The position numbers and the translations under genes are program-made. A DNA stretch of 64,000 nucleotides from Oscillospiraceae bacterium (GTDB taxonomy: Bacteria; Bacillota; Clostridia; Oscillospirales; Acutalibacteraceae). Below are positions 9,397 to 18,711 of this stretch, one piece after another. How positions within the stretch are numbered: the stretch's first letter is position 1; each line of letters starts with the position of its first letter. Below the pieces are notes generated by a model. It was not told where the DNA came from and ran no database searches. It saw nothing but the letters and a program-made list of their open reading frames with translations. The DNA lies in the NCBI GenBank assembly GCA_015066225.1, contig SVOT01000005.1:4498-68497 (forward strand), given 5' to 3'.

Positions 9397-9951
9397 TTAT
9401 GTCTTATGTGTTTGTCCTTTTATCAATGGAATAACAAATACGGCACCGCAAAAGCTGAACGCAATTAACGCTAACATAAGACCTATTTTATCACCAAGCA
9501 AACGATCCACAAGAAAAAGCATAACGATAGAAATAATGGTTATCAGTTTAATGTTTGTTGTTATTATTGATATAAATCTCTTGGGAAAGCGAACTCTTTT
9601 CAAAAATGCAAATGCGACAACAAAAACTAAAACTACCAAACATAATATTATAAATGCTATAACTCTTTCCGCAGTTGTAAGTTCAAAAATAGAAACACAT
9701 TGAATTATTGATAAAACCGAATTGCACAATCCAAAAGCGCCAATATATTTATGGCTATTATTTTGTGTAATTACATTTTTTAAAAGCAGAAAAGCAAAAA
9801 ACAGAGCCATAACCGCAACAAAAATGGCTGTGCCTATCAACGCGGGTGATTTACGTGTTAAAAATACCAGAAAACCAAACATTATATCCGCCAACAAGTA
9901 AACCGAAAGGATTATAGCAACATTTTTCTTTACATCTTTTTTTTGCTTCAT
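9397..9951 (-). CDS. hypothetical polytopic membrane protein
   Basis: 184 aa with about 5-6 hydrophobic segments and AT-rich codon usage. I recognise no family. A hairpin with a T-run follows at about 9295-9335. Confidence 0.5.
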   Translation of the reverse strand: MKQKKDVKKNVAIILSVYLLADIMFGFLVFLTRKSPALIGTAIFVAVMALFFAFLLLKNVITQNNSHKYIGAFGLCNSVLSIIQCVSIFELTTAERVIAFIILCLVVLVFVVAFAFLKRVRFPKRFISIITTNIKLITIISIVMLFLVDRLLGDKIGLMLALIAFSFCGAVFVIPLIKGQTHKT

Positions 9952-10008
9952 TGATACAACTCCTTTGTGTCACGTCAAAAAACCGAGAAAAATCAGAGAT
10001 TTAGTTTA

Positions 10009-10593
10009 TTATTTGATTGGCTTAAATGATTGATTCTTCCTAAAACGAATACAAACAAATAAAACAGCCACAAAAATAAAAACTGAAAAAACAGTTATAT
10101 AGAGTTTGACGCAATAGTCTGACAACGGCATCAAATAAACAACTTTATTACCATCGTCAGTTTCTTTTATAATTTTAGTTCTCCCAAAATTGAAAACCTG
10201 CTTATAAACTGTTCCATCTTTTTTTACAAATTCTGCTTTGTTTTCTCTATATTCATATAGAGAGCCTGTACTTTTAAGTTCTTCTAAAACATTGCCATTC
10301 AAATCTAACAAATAAACTTTACTGCTTATCAAATATATTGTATCATCTTCAAGAATAGTAAATTCATACCCTCTACTTGTCATTGCTGAGATTGTTTCAA
10401 AAGAAAAACCATCTTTATATTTTACAATTTTACCATTTGATAACCCAACATAAACATTATCATTACTATCAACTGCAAAACCATAAAAAGAAATATCAAA
10501 CCAACCAACTGTCACGCCAAAAAAGGAAAACAGATAGCAGCCTAAAAGGACTCCGATTACTAGCATAAGAATAAAACTATCAATTTTTTTCAT
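10009..10593 (-). CDS. hypothetical protein with N- and C-terminal TM helices
   Basis: 194 aa. TM helices flank a beta-rich middle region (DSNDNVYVGLSNGKIVKY...DDTIYLISSKVYLLDLNGNV). GGAG RBS. AT-rich. Confidence 0.5.
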   Translation of the reverse strand: MKKIDSFILMLVIGVLLGCYLFSFFGVTVGWFDISFYGFAVDSNDNVYVGLSNGKIVKYKDGFSFETISAMTSRGYEFTILEDDTIYLISSKVYLLDLNGNVLEELKSTGSLYEYRENKAEFVKKDGTVYKQVFNFGRTKIIKETDDGNKVVYLMPLSDYCVKLYITVFSVFIFVAVLFVCIRFRKNQSFKPIK

Positions 10594-10940
10594 AAATCAA
10601 CTCCGAAATAAAACAGAAGCCATCTCTCTGTCTTATTTTGTTTTCACCGTTATTAAAAACGGACACCTAAACTATCCTTTCCACAACGCCTTTCGGCGTG
10701 TAAAAATCTTTAATCTATCAATCCAAATATTAATCTTAACAAAACTAATATAACACTAATTTTCGTTTTCTTCAACACAGCGTAAAGAAGGCAACCACCC
10801 CCTGTCGTTTTAAGATCCCCTAGGTGGGTGAATTATTTAAATTCACCCTATATATTTTTAACCCTCATCCATATATGTTTTTTATCATCAAATTACTACA
10901 ATTTTTTGCAAAATTTTTTTAGTTTTTCACACATTTGTAG

Positions 10941-10975
10941 GGTTGCACAGGTTCTGGTGGCGGGATTTGTTAAAA
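10941..10975 (+). repeat. degenerate TR copy (start of element E2)
   Basis: GGTTGCACAGGTTCTGGTGGCGGGATTTG resembles the heptamer-array part of the TR. Confidence 0.4.
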
Positions 10976-10987
10976 ATGCAAAAGCGA

Positions 10988-11125
10988 GACGGTCAAGACC
11001 GTCCCCTACGTTGTTCGTTTCAGCAATAAAGAGCGTCCGCAAGGGGGCGACCCACCACCAAAAGCGCAGCTTTTGGTCCCCCTCCCTATTTTGCTACGCA
11101 AAACAGGGATGATAGGCTTCGCAAC
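10988..11125 (+). ncRNA. candidate structured RNA module, short form (E2 copy)
   Basis: Hairpin GACGGTC-aa-GACCGTC, then CTACGTTGTTCGTTTCAGCAATAAAGAGCGTCCGCAAG, then the shared core GGGGGCGACCCACCACC..CAGGGATGATAGGCTTCGCAAC. The 5' part matches 58203-58240. Confidence 0.5.
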
Positions 11126-11142
11126 ACTTTTATATATCAATA

Positions 11143-11195
11143 CAATCGGCGCTTGCGCCCCTTAACTTGCCACTTGCCATTTGCCACTTGCAACT
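11143..11195 (-). repeat. TR copy (inverted; end of element E2)
   Basis: Reverse complement reads AGTTGCAAG TGGCAAA TGGCAAG TGGCAAG TTAAGGG GCGCAAGCGCC GATTG. Confidence 0.8.
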
Positions 11196-11291
11196 AATTT
11201 ATTTAACTTTCCACTTGTTTTAGTTTTTTATCTCTGTTATACTGTATTATGTATTTTTATGATATAAAAACATCTGTTACGGAAGTGTGAT

Positions 11292-12284
11292 ATGAAAAAT
11301 ATTTTAAAGCGGGCAATCGCTCTTGTGACAACATTTTGCTGTGTAGCCTCTCTGCTTGTTTTCAGCGGATGCTCTACCCCCAAAAAGCAACCGGTTATGT
11401 CTATAAACGGCGTTGAAATCAGCAACGACGTTTTCACATATTTTTTAGACTGTGCAACAGTTGAGCTGGGTGTGGATGCACCCCTTGAATCGCTGAAGAA
11501 AAAGGCTTCGACTCTTGCGGGAACTTATTTTAAAATAAACTCCCTTGCAAACAAGCACGGGGTCACCCTCACAACGGGCGAGAAAAAGGCTGTTTCTGAA
11601 AAAGTGGATGCTCATTGGCACTTTTTCGGTGAGTATTATACAGAAATCGGCATAAGCCGTGAAACTCTCACAAAGGTTTTTACCGCCGATGCATACAGAG
11701 ATGCTCTTCTGATGTTCTTTTACGGCACAGGCGGCGAGGAGGAAATCCCCGTTGCACGACTTTTTGGTGAATTTAAAACAAACTACATCGTTTTTCAGGC
11801 TATTACGGGTTATTTCACAAAAACCGACATAAACGGCAGACCCGTTAAAATACCCGAAACCGAAGCAGAGGCGCTTATTCTCAAGTTTCAGAATATTGCC
11901 GCTATGGTAAACGCCGGCGAGCAGACTATGGAGGAGGCCGCAGATTTCCTTGCTGAAACCGGCTACAAAAGCTCGGTGCAGACGGTTATTCTAAACAAGG
12001 ATGACACGAGCTACCCTGCAGGCTTTTTTGAAAGGGTTAAAAAAATCGATGCTAAAAAAGCAACCGTCATCGGCACGGATGAGTACATTTTCCTTGTACT
12101 CAGGGGCGACGCAGGTGTAAACAGTGAATATTTCATTGAGAAAAAGACTGAAATGATTAAAATAATTGTCGGCGATGAAATTGACAACAAAATCGCAGAC
12201 TCCATGGTGGTTGACGTTGTAATCTCAGATTCCGACGTAAACGGCTATTACGCCTTGATAAAGGATGCAAAAACCGAAAAATAA
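11292..12284 (+). CDS. lipoprotein, possibly a PrsA/SurA-like foldase
   Basis: Lipobox LVFSGC after a signal peptide. The overall layout resembles SurA-N/parvulin-like chaperones, but I saw no clear PPIase signature. Confidence 0.4.
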   Translation: MKNILKRAIALVTTFCCVASLLVFSGCSTPKKQPVMSINGVEISNDVFTYFLDCATVELGVDAPLESLKKKASTLAGTYFKINSLANKHGVTLTTGEKKAVSEKVDAHWHFFGEYYTEIGISRETLTKVFTADAYRDALLMFFYGTGGEEEIPVARLFGEFKTNYIVFQAITGYFTKTDINGRPVKIPETEAEALILKFQNIAAMVNAGEQTMEEAADFLAETGYKSSVQTVILNKDDTSYPAGFFERVKKIDAKKATVIGTDEYIFLVLRGDAGVNSEYFIEKKTEMIKIIVGDEIDNKIADSMVVDVVISDSDVNGYYALIKDAKTEK

Positions 12285-12294
12285 GAGGTGCATT

Positions 12295-12834
12295 ATGAAC
12301 AGCGCTATTGAAAATATAATGACACGGCAAACGATACGTGAATACACCGCCCAACAAATACCCGATTCTTTATTGCAGACGGTGCTTGATGCGGCTATCA
12401 GAGCCCCCAGCGGCAGAAACACCCAGCCCTGCCACCTCCGCATTTTATCAAACAAAGAAAAGCTTGACGAAATGAACACGGATTTTAAAAACATTGTTGG
12501 TTGGGACACTCCCGCCTACACCGGTTGGGATATTCGCCCCGTTTACCACAATGCGCCCACCTTTATTTTTATTTTCGCAAAAGACAAAAGCGATATGGCT
12601 GCCGGGCTTATGGCTGAAAATATTGCACTCGCTGCCCACGCTGTTGGCCTTGGTTCTTGCATGATTGGTTCACTCGGCGCACTTTTTGACGATGAAAACG
12701 GTGCAAGAAAATGGAAAAAATATCTTGAAATCCCCGAAGATTGGCACTTTCTTTTAGGGCTGACAATCGGCTACCCTAACGAAAAGCCCCCTATGAAGGA
12801 CAGGGAAGACGGTCACATTAAATTTATAAAATAA
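12295..12834 (+). CDS. nitroreductase family protein
   Basis: The segment RQTIREYTAQQIPDSLLQTVLDAAIRAPSGRNTQPCHL is typical of the family. ATG 12295 with AGAGGTG RBS. Confidence 0.8.
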   Translation: MNSAIENIMTRQTIREYTAQQIPDSLLQTVLDAAIRAPSGRNTQPCHLRILSNKEKLDEMNTDFKNIVGWDTPAYTGWDIRPVYHNAPTFIFIFAKDKSDMAAGLMAENIALAAHAVGLGSCMIGSLGALFDDENGARKWKKYLEIPEDWHFLLGLTIGYPNEKPPMKDREDGHIKFIK

Positions 12835-12843
12835 GGACTTTTT

Positions 12844-14709
12844 ATGAAATACTTTGCAGACAATTATGATGTTGCGGTTATCGGCGCAGGCCACGCAGGC
12901 ATTGAAGCGGCTCTTGCCGCCGCAAGACTTGGAGCAAAAACCGTAATTTTCACGGTCAACCTTGATTGGATCGGAAATATGGCGTGCAACCCCTCCATCG
13001 GCGGCACGTCAAAGGGTCACCTTGTGCGCGAAATTGATGCCCTGGGCGGTGAGATGGGCAAGGCCGCTGACAAAACTCTTATACAGAGCAGAATTCTCAA
13101 TCTCGGCAAAGGTCCCGCCGTGCATTCACTTAGGGCGCAGATAGACCGCCGTGACTACACACAATATATGAAGCATTGCCTTGAAAATCAAGCAAACCTT
13201 GATATGAAGCAGGGCGAAATTGTTTCGCTTGTCAAAAAAGATGACGGTCTGTGGGAGTTTGAAACACGTCTTGAGGCTGTTTACACCGCAAAATGCGTTG
13301 TTATTGCAACAGGCACCTTCCTGCGGGGCAGAGTTTACGTCGGCGACGTTTCTTATGAAAGCGGTCCCGACGGAATGTTCCCCTCAAACGAGCTTTCGGA
13401 TTCACTTTTAAAGCTCAACATCCCTCTCAGACGCTTCAAAACGGGAACCCCCCCGCGAGTTAACAGAAACAGCGTCAACTTCGAGGGTCTTGAGGAACAG
13501 GTTGGCGATGAAGAAATCACTCCATTCTCATTTGAAACGCCCGAGGGGGTTCTCGAAAACAAGGCTATTTGCCACATCACATACACAAACGCAGACACTA
13601 AACAGGTTATTCTTGATAACCTTCACCGTTCCCCCCTTTATTCAAAAAAAATCGAGGGTGTTGGGCCCAGATATTGCCCCAGCATCGAGGATAAAATTGT
13701 GCGATTTGCAGAAAAAGGTCGCCACCAGGTTTTTATTGAGCCTTGCGGCCTTGATACCGAGGAGTTATATCTTCAGGGACTTTCTTCATCATTACCCGAG
13801 GATGTTCAATTGAAAATACTCAGAAGCATAAAGGGTCTTGAAAACGTTAAAGTTATGCGCACGGCGTACGCAATTGAATACGACTGTGTTGACCCCTTGG
13901 CGCTCAAATCAACCCTTGAATTCACAGAGCTTGACGGTCTTTTCGGTGCGGGTCAGTTCAACGGCTCCTCCGGCTATGAGGAAGCCGCCGCACAGGGTCT
14001 TGTTGCGGGTGTCAATGCCGCACACAAAGCCCTCGGCAAAGAGCCCTTTACCCTGGACAGAAGCACATCATACATCGGCACACTTATAGACGACCTTGTA
14101 ACAAAGGGTTGCCGTGACCCGTACAGAATGATGACTTCACGAAGTGAATACCGCCTGATTTTAAGAGAGGATAACGCCGATTTACGCCTTACCGAAACAG
14201 GCTACAAGCTTGGTCTTATAAGCGAAGAGCGTTACAATGCGCTTCTTGAAAAAATAAAGCTTATTGAAGAAGAAACGGCAAGAGTTGAGAAAATCACAAT
14301 TGCCCCGTCAAAGGAATTGTCTGCCGTTCTTGAAGAAGCAGGCACAGCCCCAACAATTACAGGTTGCCGACTTTCAGAGCTTCTCAAGCGTCCTCAACTT
14401 TCCTACAAGCTACTGACCCCCTTTGACAAAAAACGTCCCGATCTGCCCCGCGAGGTGTTTGAGCAGGTTGAAATAAACCTGAAATATGCGGGCTACATAA
14501 AGCGCCAGCTTGCACAGGTTGAGGAGCAAAAAAGGCTTGAGGTTAAAAAGATTCCCGAAAGCATCAACTATGATGAAATCACAAATCTTCGCCTTGAAGC
14601 CATTGAAAAACTAAAAAAAATCCGCCCCGAAACAATCGGTCAGGCATCACGAATCAGCGGTGTTTCCCCTGCCGATATCGCGGTTTTGTTAATTTATCTC
14701 AAAAAATAA
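12844..14709 (+). CDS. mnmG: tRNA uridine 5-carboxymethylaminomethyl modification enzyme MnmG
   Basis: FAD motif VIGAGHAGIEAALAAAR, 621 aa, conserved GidA blocks (GPRYCPSIEDK). Confidence 0.9.
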   Translation: MKYFADNYDVAVIGAGHAGIEAALAAARLGAKTVIFTVNLDWIGNMACNPSIGGTSKGHLVREIDALGGEMGKAADKTLIQSRILNLGKGPAVHSLRAQIDRRDYTQYMKHCLENQANLDMKQGEIVSLVKKDDGLWEFETRLEAVYTAKCVVIATGTFLRGRVYVGDVSYESGPDGMFPSNELSDSLLKLNIPLRRFKTGTPPRVNRNSVNFEGLEEQVGDEEITPFSFETPEGVLENKAICHITYTNADTKQVILDNLHRSPLYSKKIEGVGPRYCPSIEDKIVRFAEKGRHQVFIEPCGLDTEELYLQGLSSSLPEDVQLKILRSIKGLENVKVMRTAYAIEYDCVDPLALKSTLEFTELDGLFGAGQFNGSSGYEEAAAQGLVAGVNAAHKALGKEPFTLDRSTSYIGTLIDDLVTKGCRDPYRMMTSRSEYRLILREDNADLRLTETGYKLGLISEERYNALLEKIKLIEEETARVEKITIAPSKELSAVLEEAGTAPTITGCRLSELLKRPQLSYKLLTPFDKKRPDLPREVFEQVEINLKYAGYIKRQLAQVEEQKRLEVKKIPESINYDEITNLRLEAIEKLKKIRPETIGQASRISGVSPADIAVLLIYLKK

Positions 14710-14721
14710 GGAGTGCTGAAA

Positions 14722-16443
14722 ATGATACCAAGAAACGAACACCCCAATCCTAACTTTAAAAGAAGCGATTACATCATTCTCAATGGCGAATGGGATTTTG
14801 AATTTGATTTCGGCAACAGCGGCAAGGAAAGAAAGCTTTTCGACGTTGATGCTAAGTTTTCCAAGAAAATCAGTGTGCCCTTCTGCCCCGAAAGCGAGCT
14901 TTCAGGCATCGGCTACAAGGATTTTATGGCGGCTGTGTGGTACAAAAGAACAGTTGAAGTTACAAAAGAGCAGTTAAAGGGCAAGGCATTCATCGTTTTC
15001 GGCGCTGTTGATTTCCACGCAAGCGTTTACGTTAACGGCGAATTTGCAGGCGAGCACTTCGGTGGCTACACCTCATTCAGAATTGACGCAACAAAGCTCC
15101 TCAATGCCGGTGAGAACGTTATAACAGTCTGCGCTGAGGACGACACCCGTTCACCCTTGCAGGCACGCGGTAAACAAAGCGAGCTTGTTTACTCCCACGA
15201 TTGTGACTACACAAGAACAACAGGCATCTGGCAGACAGTTTACATGGAATTCTGCCCTGAAAATTACATTAAATCGGTTAAATATTTCCCCAACATTGCA
15301 GACGGCAACGTAACAATCACTGCTGAGGTTTGCGGCGACGCTCTTTTCTCAGCTACAGCTTTCTGGGATGGCGAAGAGGTCGGCAGCAAGCACGTTATGG
15401 CATACGGTCAAACAGTAACCTTGACTATTGACCTTGCAGAAAAGCACCTCTGGGAGGTCGGCAAGGGTGGCCTTTACTCCCTCGAGCTTCGCTTCGGTGA
15501 CGATTGCGTAACAAGCTATTTCGGTCTTCGTGAGGTCAAGCTCACAGATAACGCCGTTGAAATCAACGGTAAACCTGTTTTTCAGCGACTTATTCTTGAC
15601 CAGGGCTTCTACCCCGACGGCATCTACACCGCACCCTCTGCAGAAGCTCTTAAAAATGACATTCTTCTTTCAATGAAGGTGGGCTTTAACGGCGCAAGAC
15701 TTCACCAAAAAATTTTCGAGCCCCTTTTCCTGCACTATTGCGATGAGCTCGGCTACATTGTGTGGGGCGAGCACGGCAACTGGGGCGCAGACCACACAAA
15801 CTTTGAATCCCTAAGATATTTCCTTCTTGAAATCGAGGAAGAAATTGAAAGAGATTTCAATCATCCTGCACTTATCGGCTGGTGTCCCTACAACGAAACA
15901 TGGGATATTGCAGGCAGAAAGCAGGATGATGACATTATCAAAATCGTTTACAGAACCGTAAAAGCTCTTGACAAAACACGTCCCTGTATCGACACAAGTG
16001 GCAACTTCCATGTTGAAACAGATATTTATGACGTTCACGATTACGACCAGGATTGCGACGTTTTCTGCAAGCATTATGAAGAGCTTGCAACAAAGAATGT
16101 TCTTTTTGAACACCAAGCTCACCGCCAGACGTGGAAGGGCGAGCCCGTGTTTATGAGCGAATACGGCGGAATTCGTGTTGAGCTCAATGAATTTCAGGAA
16201 AATGACAAGGAAAAGGCCTGGGGCTACGGCAATGCCGCAACAAGTCTTGAGGAATTCTATAACCGTTATGACAGGCTCACAACTTCCTTGATTGACTGCC
16301 CGAAAATGATTGGCTTCTGCTACACTCAGCTCACAGACGTCGAACAGGAATTGAACGGCATTTACAGATATGACCGTTCGGAAAAATTCGATTCCGATAT
16401 TCTTTACAAAATCAACACAAAAAAGGCTGCTATTGAAAAGTAA
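14722..16443 (+). CDS. glycoside hydrolase family 2 protein
   Basis: GH2 sugar-binding block VFGAVDFHASVYVNGEFAGEHFGGYTSFRIDAT and TIM-barrel region (NGARLHQ.., WCPYNE). ATG 14722 after AAGGAG. Confidence 0.75.
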   Translation: MIPRNEHPNPNFKRSDYIILNGEWDFEFDFGNSGKERKLFDVDAKFSKKISVPFCPESELSGIGYKDFMAAVWYKRTVEVTKEQLKGKAFIVFGAVDFHASVYVNGEFAGEHFGGYTSFRIDATKLLNAGENVITVCAEDDTRSPLQARGKQSELVYSHDCDYTRTTGIWQTVYMEFCPENYIKSVKYFPNIADGNVTITAEVCGDALFSATAFWDGEEVGSKHVMAYGQTVTLTIDLAEKHLWEVGKGGLYSLELRFGDDCVTSYFGLREVKLTDNAVEINGKPVFQRLILDQGFYPDGIYTAPSAEALKNDILLSMKVGFNGARLHQKIFEPLFLHYCDELGYIVWGEHGNWGADHTNFESLRYFLLEIEEEIERDFNHPALIGWCPYNETWDIAGRKQDDDIIKIVYRTVKALDKTRPCIDTSGNFHVETDIYDVHDYDQDCDVFCKHYEELATKNVLFEHQAHRQTWKGEPVFMSEYGGIRVELNEFQENDKEKAWGYGNAATSLEEFYNRYDRLTTSLIDCPKMIGFCYTQLTDVEQELNGIYRYDRSEKFDSDILYKINTKKAAIEK

Positions 16444-16455
16444 CCATAAAAAACA

Positions 16456-16490
16456 CAGCTCTCAGAATTATTCTGAGAGCTGATTTTTTT
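16456..16490 (+). terminator. rho-independent terminator (bidirectional)
   Basis: Hairpin CAGCTCTCAGAAT/ATTCTGAGAGCTG followed by TTTTTTT, between convergent genes. Confidence 0.7.
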
Positions 16491-17421
16491 ATTTTAAAAA
16501 TATTGGGTTTGCCCAGGCTTTTCTGCCGTTTTTATCAACTACTGTTGCACGAATATATTCATAGTTGTTTTTTAAATCCGCCGCAGCACAAACAAGAGGC
16601 TCACCTTCTGCAACAAACATTTTAGAGGGGTGCTTGTCGCACTGGAAAATAATTTTTTCACATTCGCTTGTTTCAATGTGAACAACGTTCTTGTCATCCA
16701 CATAAAAATCCTTGATTTCAGGCCCGCATGAGGAATAAAATGCGCCGTCATTTAAGGCTTCAAGTATTGATTTTACGTTGTCCTCAGCGTTTACCATAAC
16801 CCAACCCTTGCAATGCTGGTACATCTCGTGGCCGTCGTCGGTTGCAACGGCAAAAATTCTTTTGCCCATACCGAGAAGCTCATCCCAGCAATAGCCGTTA
16901 TCGGTATCCATATCGTCCTCAATAGCACATCCGCTATTCCACACCTCAATGGCAAAATTGCCGATCATTTCATCAAAATATCTTGTGGGTGTTGAGCTCC
17001 ACTGTGGGTGACAATATATTGTAAGGTTGTTTTTTTCGTGGGCGTCGTCAAGATATTTTTGGAATTCTTGTTGATTTTTAGCTTCGCCTCTGTCCACCTT
17101 TTCATCCTGAGAAAAGCCGTTTGTTCCGTCATCGGGGCCGATAAACACTGTGTGGAACGTTCTGAAGCCGCTTTCTCTTTCAAAGGTGTTGTCAAATTCC
17201 ATACCGGGGATAATTGTAATTTTCGTTTCCTCGGCAAAATTTTTATAATTATATATTCTGTGGTCTGTAAGTGCAAGAAAGTCGTAGCCGTTTTCTTTAT
17301 GAAGTTTTATAACCTCATCCGGTGTGCCCTTGCCGTCAGAGCGTGTCGTGTGACAATGAAGACCACCCTTGAGCATTTTATTATTATCGATGAATGCTCT
17401 CTGCCTTTTCATATCCATCAC
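16489..17421 (-). CDS. PHP-domain (CehA/McbA-like) metallohydrolase
   Basis: GGLHCHTTRSDGKGTPDEVIKLHKENGYDFLALTDH signature, 310 aa. Its start lies 1 nt after the stop of the upstream gene. Confidence 0.65.
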   Translation of the reverse strand: MMDMKRQRAFIDNNKMLKGGLHCHTTRSDGKGTPDEVIKLHKENGYDFLALTDHRIYNYKNFAEETKITIIPGMEFDNTFERESGFRTFHTVFIGPDDGTNGFSQDEKVDRGEAKNQQEFQKYLDDAHEKNNLTIYCHPQWSSTPTRYFDEMIGNFAIEVWNSGCAIEDDMDTDNGYCWDELLGMGKRIFAVATDDGHEMYQHCKGWVMVNAEDNVKSILEALNDGAFYSSCGPEIKDFYVDDKNVVHIETSECEKIIFQCDKHPSKMFVAEGEPLVCAAADLKNNYEYIRATVVDKNGRKAWANPIFLK

Positions 17422-17422
17422 C

Positions 17423-18628
17423 TTATTGTGTTTCGGTTGTTTCTGTTTTTTCGGTTGTTTTTCTTTCTACAATCCACGCATTGGGGAGATATCTGCCCGT
17501 TGGCATATTTCTTGCAGAGGGCTTATTTATAACCTCACCGTTATAACCGATAACCGATGATGAACCGCCGTCACAGGCACCCGCCGTAACTGCACCGTAT
17601 TGAAGAAGAATGTCTGCACAATCCTCCATTGTGGCGCCGAGAGAATAGCCAACCTGCCTGCCGTCTGCAACAAGGAAAAGAACTACGCCGTTTTCGCATT
17701 GACCCACAACAGTTCTTGGCTGAAGTCCCCAGCCTGCAGAATCCTCAACAACCTTTTCGCCGTTGAGAATAAGCGATGGGCGGTACTGGAAGCCGTCTCT
17801 GATATTGTATTCATCCCAATCCTCTATTCCGCCGACCACAAGCCTGTCCTTATCATCAAAGCCGACGAGGGTGTATTTTGAGCTGTAGGTTCCCCAATAT
17901 TCGCCGCCTGACACACACAAGCCAACAAGGGTGCCGCCAAGACTGACACCGCCCTTATCCTGAAAGCCCGATGCGTTAATACCAACAACGGCATTTTCTT
18001 TTTCAAGATAATCACAAACAAACTCACCGCGGGAGCCTTTGTAGTCTGTAGTGGCAAGACGTACTCTTGACGGATCATCAATAAGAACAAGCTTACCGAC
18101 AAAGTTTGTTTCTTTGATTTCGAGAATAACTACGCCTTCCTCAATATCGTTTGCAAAAACCACATTGCCGAATTTATCTTTTTCGCCAACAACAAGCTTT
18201 GACTGACCTAAAATATCTTCACTTTGCTCACCGTAAATATCAGTAACGGTTATATCCTTTATGTCAACCTGTCTGCTCATAACGTCGTCTATGAGCCAGT
18301 CGGGGAAAAAGCTTGTGGCAAGCCATTTATGCTGGTCTGTTGTCATTGCAGTTTCAATCCAGATGTTGCGCCATTTCACAACAAATGGAATATTGCCGAA
18401 AACAACGGTAACGTAACCGAGAACACCTATTGCCGCCACAAGAGCAACAATGAAAATTGCCACAACTGCTTTATGCACCTTGCTTTTTTTCTGTTTGGGT
18501 TTTTCGTTGCTTTCTTTTTTTATTTCTTTTTTGTTATCCTTTTTATTTGGCGCGTGTCTTTTCACTTCGCTCATACCGTCAGCCATATCTTCCAGGCTGA
18601 CAACCTCTTCTTCGCCGATTTCTACCAT
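17423..18628 (-). CDS. phosphodiester glycosidase family protein (DUF2233-like), membrane anchored
   Basis: C-terminal block VVGQCENGVVLFLVADGRQ..GATMEDCADILLQYGAVTAGACDGGSS is typical of the family, with one N-terminal TM. I prefer ATG 18628 (GGGAGG RBS), because the track start 18670 lies inside the trxB terminator. Confidence 0.65.
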   Translation of the reverse strand: MVEIGEEEVVSLEDMADGMSEVKRHAPNKKDNKKEIKKESNEKPKQKKSKVHKAVVAIFIVALVAAIGVLGYVTVVFGNIPFVVKWRNIWIETAMTTDQHKWLATSFFPDWLIDDVMSRQVDIKDITVTDIYGEQSEDILGQSKLVVGEKDKFGNVVFANDIEEGVVILEIKETNFVGKLVLIDDPSRVRLATTDYKGSRGEFVCDYLEKENAVVGINASGFQDKGGVSLGGTLVGLCVSGGEYWGTYSSKYTLVGFDDKDRLVVGGIEDWDEYNIRDGFQYRPSLILNGEKVVEDSAGWGLQPRTVVGQCENGVVLFLVADGRQVGYSLGATMEDCADILLQYGAVTAGACDGGSSSVIGYNGEVINKPSARNMPTGRYLPNAWIVERKTTEKTETTETQ

Positions 18629-18659
18629 AATCAAACCTCCCACGAACACCATTGTAGCA

Positions 18660-18692
18660 CAAAAAGACAACGTTTTTTCTCAACCGTTGTCT
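18660..18692 (-). terminator. rho-independent terminator downstream of trxB
   Basis: On the minus strand: AGACAACG-loop-CGTTGTCT followed by TTTTTG. Confidence 0.55.
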
Positions 18693-18711
18693 TTTTACAT
18701 ATTCTTTACAT

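Noticed and set aside
10826-10848. Palindrome GGGTGAATT-attta-AATTCACCC as a terminator
   Set aside because: No plus-strand gene lies upstream and no T-run follows on the minus strand. It could be an operator, but there is no partner regulator in view. It is mentioned only within the island finding.
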